Source: an uncultured Spirochaetota bacterium | GTDB lineage: Bacteria; Spirochaetota; Brevinematia; Brevinematales; JAOACQ01 | Assembly: GCA_963835575.1 (NCBI GenBank) | Contig: CAWIGG010000004.1 | Location: forward strand, 160,001-224,000 | Length of the DNA: 64,000 bases | Reading direction: 5' to 3' | Shown here: positions 60,000-64,000 of the stretch, piece by piece | How the letters are laid out: every line of letters begins with the position of its first letter | Position numbering within the stretch: the first letter of the stretch is position 1 | Made by a program: the position numbers and the translations under genes | The notes under the pieces: model-generated | Told to the model about the DNA's origin: nothing | Databases searched by the model: none | What the model saw: only the letters and a program-made list of their open reading frames with translations

Positions 60000-61268
60000 T
60001 TATTGTTTTGTAAGCGATTGTATAATCGGCGAAACAAATAAAACCACACTCAGTATGATGAGAACAATTGTGGTAGTCCACCCTGTGACATTCTGGAATA
60101 AATTATTCCGGTGTTCCCCCATCACATCTTTTCTCCCGATTATAATGATCATACAAATCAGGACGACGGGCAGGAGTACTGCATTAAGAACCTGCGACCA
60201 TATTGTAATCAAAATGAGCGGCGCGTTTGGCAATAAAATAACAATAACCGCAATGACAATAATCGCTGTAAATAATGCGTAAAACTGCGGGGCTTCACTG
60301 AATTTTTTATTGATGCCCGCTTCAAAGCCGAAAGCTTCGCATACATAGAATGCCGTCGCTATGGGAAGGATGGCCGCTGCAAATATCGAAGCGACAAAAA
60401 GCCCGAACGCAAAAAGCGCCGAGGCAAAAATCCCTGCAAGAGGTTTAAGAGCAAGTGCAGCGTCTTTCGCCTCATCTATTTTCACGCCGTTTACATTCAG
60501 CGTTGCCGCACAGGCGACAACAATAAAAAAAGCGACAATGATAGTAACAGTACTTCCTATTATAACATCCCACACCGTGAATTTATAATCATCAATCTTA
60601 ATGCCCTTTTCTATAACCGCTGATTGCATATAAAACTGCATCCACGGCGCGATGGTCGTACCGATAATCCCAAGCACCATGCTGATATAATCGGGATTCC
60701 ATTGTATAGACGGGCTGATCAGCCCTCTCCCGACTGCATTCCAGTCGGGTTTTGATAATAAAGCCGATACAATATAAGAGAGCAGAAAAAAACTGAGAAC
60801 CAAAAATATCCTTTCTGAAATTTTATAATTTCCTTTAACAACAAAAATCCAGACCAGCAGGGCCGCTAATGGAACGCTGATGTATTTACTGATCCCAAAA
60901 ACCATCATACTGCCGGCCACGCCGGCAAACTCAGTGGCAGTATTGCCGATATCCGCGATCAGGAGAAAAACGAATATTAAAAAAGTGATCTTGACGCCGA
61001 AATTTTCCCTGATGAGGTCCGCCAGCCCTTTGCCCGTCACAATACCCATACGGGCATTCATTTCCTGGACAACTATAAGAACAATAAAAGACGGAATCAG
61101 CACCCATAACAGATGATATCCGTATATCGCACCGGCAACCGAGTAAGTGGTAATACCGCCGGCATCGTTATCCACACTGCCCGTGATAATACCCGGGCCC
61201 ATAATGCTAAGAAATATCAATATATTCCTTAATGCGGGATTTTCTTTAATCTTTTGAAAGAATTTCAC
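60000..61268 (-). CDS. Nramp-family divalent metal transporter (Nramp-related Mg transporter type)
   Basis: MGPGII..DNDAGGITTYS, GTTIAPWMQF. Confidence 0.9.
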   Translation of the reverse strand: MKFFQKIKENPALRNILIFLSIMGPGIITGSVDNDAGGITTYSVAGAIYGYHLLWVLIPSFIVLIVVQEMNARMGIVTGKGLADLIRENFGVKITFLIFVFLLIADIGNTATEFAGVAGSMMVFGISKYISVPLAALLVWIFVVKGNYKISERIFLVLSFFLLSYIVSALLSKPDWNAVGRGLISPSIQWNPDYISMVLGIIGTTIAPWMQFYMQSAVIEKGIKIDDYKFTVWDVIIGSTVTIIVAFFIVVACAATLNVNGVKIDEAKDAALALKPLAGIFASALFAFGLFVASIFAAAILPIATAFYVCEAFGFEAGINKKFSEAPQFYALFTAIIVIAVIVILLPNAPLILITIWSQVLNAVLLPVVLICMIIIIGRKDVMGEHRNNLFQNVTGWTTTIVLIILSVVLFVSPIIQSLTKQ

Positions 61269-61347
61269 CTAATCCTCCGTTTAAGGAGTTAAGTTAATTT
61301 TTGTTTTAATGAATATTTTTTTGAATTTGACGCATTTATAAGCTTGT

Positions 61348-62529
61348 CTATTCCTTGGTAATCAGCTTGATTTCCACACGCCTGTTCAAACTTCTGCCTT
61401 CGTCTGTTGTGTTCGGCGCTAACGCGTTTTTGCTTCCGAGGCCTATGTAGGATAGCCTAGTCGGGCTGATACCTTTTTTTATCAGGAAATCCGCGACAGT
61501 CTTTGCCCTGTTTTCGGATAAAAGCAGGTTGTAGTTTTCCGATCCGACATTGTCCGTATATCCCGATACGGCAATATCGATCTGGGGATATTTCCTGAGA
61601 ACGTCCGCGACAGATTCCAGTTTTTTCTCAAACTCGCTTTTAAGAGAATATTTATTAAAATCAAATAATATGTTCCCGAGGCTTAAAATTATCCCGTCCG
61701 CGACATCTCTTATGGAAATCCCGCTGTTTTTAGATATTTTATTGCTCATCTCGGTAATAATTTCCTTTTTCTGGTCGCCGCCGATATCGCTTACCAGTTC
61801 GCCCTTGCCTTCCGATTGCCCGGTATAATAAACGGTCTCGCCTGTATGAAGCGTATAGAGGAAAGCGTAATCTTCATTATAAAAAGCGGGGCAGCTGTTC
61901 GAAATATCCCAGTAATAAATGGAATGGGAATAACCCGTAAAGCTGAATATGTTCGGGTCGTTCTTGGGGTAGTGCATGATATGATAATCAATTGAAAATT
62001 TCGAGTACATCTTGTTTTCTATCAATTCATCGCCGAGGTAAATATAATAAACAGGGAAATCGGCCTTCATGATATTATTACGGGTCAGAATCCCTTCATG
62101 AATTTCCTCCCCATCCGCCTTCCATGAATCCCCCGGCTTTAGATCATTGGTCGGGAAGGTCGGGACGCTCCGTAGAACCGGCATTAAAACATCAGAGGAA
62201 ACTATCATTTTTCCCAATTCATCCTGATAAAAACTGCTTCCGTATTCATTTTCAAGTTTATAGGACTCGTTTAAATTAATGTTTTTTTCATAATAATCGT
62301 ATTTTCCCTGATAGAGAGCGTAATCATTGCTTAATTTTATCACCTCAAGCATTGCTTTATCCATCGATTCAACGCTCCTGTTTATGACCCCATTGACAAA
62401 CACATCCTGCTTGATAAGATTTTTAATCCTGTATTTTCTTCCAACAGTATTGTCATAGCGGAACACTGTACCAAAGATGAGACAGGGGATAAAAAAAGCA
62501 ATCAATAGAAAAATTGCTCTTTTTTTCAT
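61348..62529 (-). CDS. OmpA-C domain protein
   Basis: ILFDFNK, GYTD..G, LSENRA, NRRVEI. Confidence 0.88.
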   Translation of the reverse strand: MKKRAIFLLIAFFIPCLIFGTVFRYDNTVGRKYRIKNLIKQDVFVNGVINRSVESMDKAMLEVIKLSNDYALYQGKYDYYEKNINLNESYKLENEYGSSFYQDELGKMIVSSDVLMPVLRSVPTFPTNDLKPGDSWKADGEEIHEGILTRNNIMKADFPVYYIYLGDELIENKMYSKFSIDYHIMHYPKNDPNIFSFTGYSHSIYYWDISNSCPAFYNEDYAFLYTLHTGETVYYTGQSEGKGELVSDIGGDQKKEIITEMSNKISKNSGISIRDVADGIILSLGNILFDFNKYSLKSEFEKKLESVADVLRKYPQIDIAVSGYTDNVGSENYNLLLSENRAKTVADFLIKKGISPTRLSYIGLGSKNALAPNTTDEGRSLNRRVEIKLITKE

Positions 62530-62575
62530 CTTTTCCTCCCTGAAAAGAAAAAACGGGGAGCAAGTCCCCGTTTAT

Positions 62576-62809
62576 TTACTGATGACTTTTAATATAATTT
62601 ACCGCATCACCAACATTCTTGAGGTTTTGAGCCTCTTCATCGGGAATATCAATACCGAACTCTTCTTCCAGAGCCATAATTAAATCAACAATATCCAGAG
62701 AATCGGCTCCTAAATCTTCAATAAATGAAGCTTCGGGCTTAACAGCACCTTCATCCACTCCCAGCTTGTCCACAATAATCTCCTTTACCTTGTCAAAAAC
62801 ATCAGCCAT
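62576..62809 (-). CDS. acpP: Acyl carrier protein
   Basis: DLGADSLD. Confidence 0.95.
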   Translation of the reverse strand: MADVFDKVKEIIVDKLGVDEGAVKPEASFIEDLGADSLDIVDLIMALEEEFGIDIPDEEAQNLKNVGDAVNYIKSHQ

Positions 62810-63035
62810 AAAAACCTCCTCTATTAATAACAACATTACGCAGGGTGCTCATTGATCCTAAAAAACCACTCTTCATCATTTTATTAGTTCAAAATAATTC
62901 TGTCAAGATATCTATAAATAGTTTTTCTTTAAGATATTATCTGATTTTTTTTTATAAAACCATACATTTGCCGCTGAAAATATGAAATAAACGCTGTATA
63001 TTGTCGATAAAGATAATAAATCGGACAGGGAAAAC

Positions 63036-63671
63036 ATGAAGAAAATTATATATATATTATTTCTATCTTTAATCATCAGCCCGGGTTTTTCTCAGGATGA
63101 AAGAGTATCTGCCTTTTATTCTCAGGTGGTCAGGATCGCGAAGGAATCCATCGGATTAAAAAGGGTGCCTCCCATTAACGGTAAATATTTCACATCCGAC
63201 TGCATCGGCTTCGTACGGTATGTTTATTACAGGGCCGGCTTTGATCTTGTCAGCGCATATGGGGGCAACGGCAGGGGCGGGGTCAGCCTGCTCTATAACG
63301 GACTGGCAAGATACGGATTTACTTATAAAAGCAAACAGGCGAATCCGGGCGATCTGGTATTTTTTGATAACACCTATGATGTTAACAGGAATGGAAAATG
63401 GGATGATCCCTTAAGTCACATCGGTATAATCACAGGCGCCGGAGAATATAACACTTTGCATTATATCCATTTCGCCAACCATGGTGTTGCGGAGGACGAG
63501 CTTAATCTCTATTACCCCAATACGCACGCGTTCCGCCAGCCGAACGGGAACCTTTTTGTCATCAATTCCTATCTCAGGGTCAATAGAGGGGAAGGCTACG
63601 CTAAAAAGGATTATGTCGCTGCGTTCTTTTACCGGGCTTTTGCCCATATCAGGCTGAAGGCCAAAGATTGA
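63036..63671 (+). CDS. CHAP/NlpC-P60 peptidoglycan hydrolase
   Basis: DCIGFV, PGDLVFF, SHIGI. Confidence 0.85.
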   Translation: MKKIIYILFLSLIISPGFSQDERVSAFYSQVVRIAKESIGLKRVPPINGKYFTSDCIGFVRYVYYRAGFDLVSAYGGNGRGGVSLLYNGLARYGFTYKSKQANPGDLVFFDNTYDVNRNGKWDDPLSHIGIITGAGEYNTLHYIHFANHGVAEDELNLYYPNTHAFRQPNGNLFVINSYLRVNRGEGYAKKDYVAAFFYRAFAHIRLKAKD

Positions 63672-63756
63672 GTTATACAAAAAGTCTTTCGTTCTCACAC
63701 ATCCGTTAATTCATAAGAATAAACCCGGCAAAAATTAGAACTGATTTACGGGAAAG

Positions 63757-63946
63757 CCCGCTAATGACGCGAATAGATGCGAATGGGTACGAATGATATT
63801 AATTTGTGTTCGTGGTAAAACCCGCTTATAAAAAATATAAATTAGCGTTAATTTGCGTGATTCGCGGGAAGAAAACCCATTTAGTCAGTGAATCTTGGTG
63901 TTCGGAGCCTGTCCTGAACGAAAGCGAAGGATGTCTTGGTGGTAAA
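63757..63946. repeat. Family A-like repeat plus a short-period repeat carrying a micro-insertion
   Basis: CCCGCTAATGACGCGAAT ... ATTCGCGGG; insertion at 63906-63931. Confidence 0.65.
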
Positions 63947-64000
63947 AGAAGAAGGGATTTTTGGTTATAAACAGCCGCTCATTATTCCAGCATCTTTCTC

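Overview
Chromosomal window from an AT-rich-intergenic bacterium, probably a spirochaete; this is inferred from the LPP20-type lipoprotein, the OmpA/TPR proteins and the rimP-nusA-infB-rbfA-DHH order. The backbone is housekeeping: dapA, ilvE, lolD/lolE, pncA/pncB, glgP, rimP-nusA-infB-rbfA-nrnA, rluD, asd and acpP. Main points of interest: (1) a mercury-methylation locus, marR-hgcA-hgcB, with a readable promoter and tandem operators; (2) an intact 1025-aa DnaE paralog in which nearly all polymerase catalytic and dNTP-binding residues are substituted (putative pseudo-polymerase); (3) an integrase-less integron-like cassette array (HEPN RNase and DUF6790-like genes) next to a complete IS1182-family element; (4) two cases of 'gene - cargo - diverged 3' remnant of the same gene'; (5) a tandem outer-membrane-protein paralog broken by one extra A in a homopolymer; (6) several families of intergenic palindromic repeats, including ~23-bp micro-insertions nested inside other repeats. 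No rRNA, tRNA or CRISPR array was seen. All family calls come from reading motifs by eye; no searches were run.
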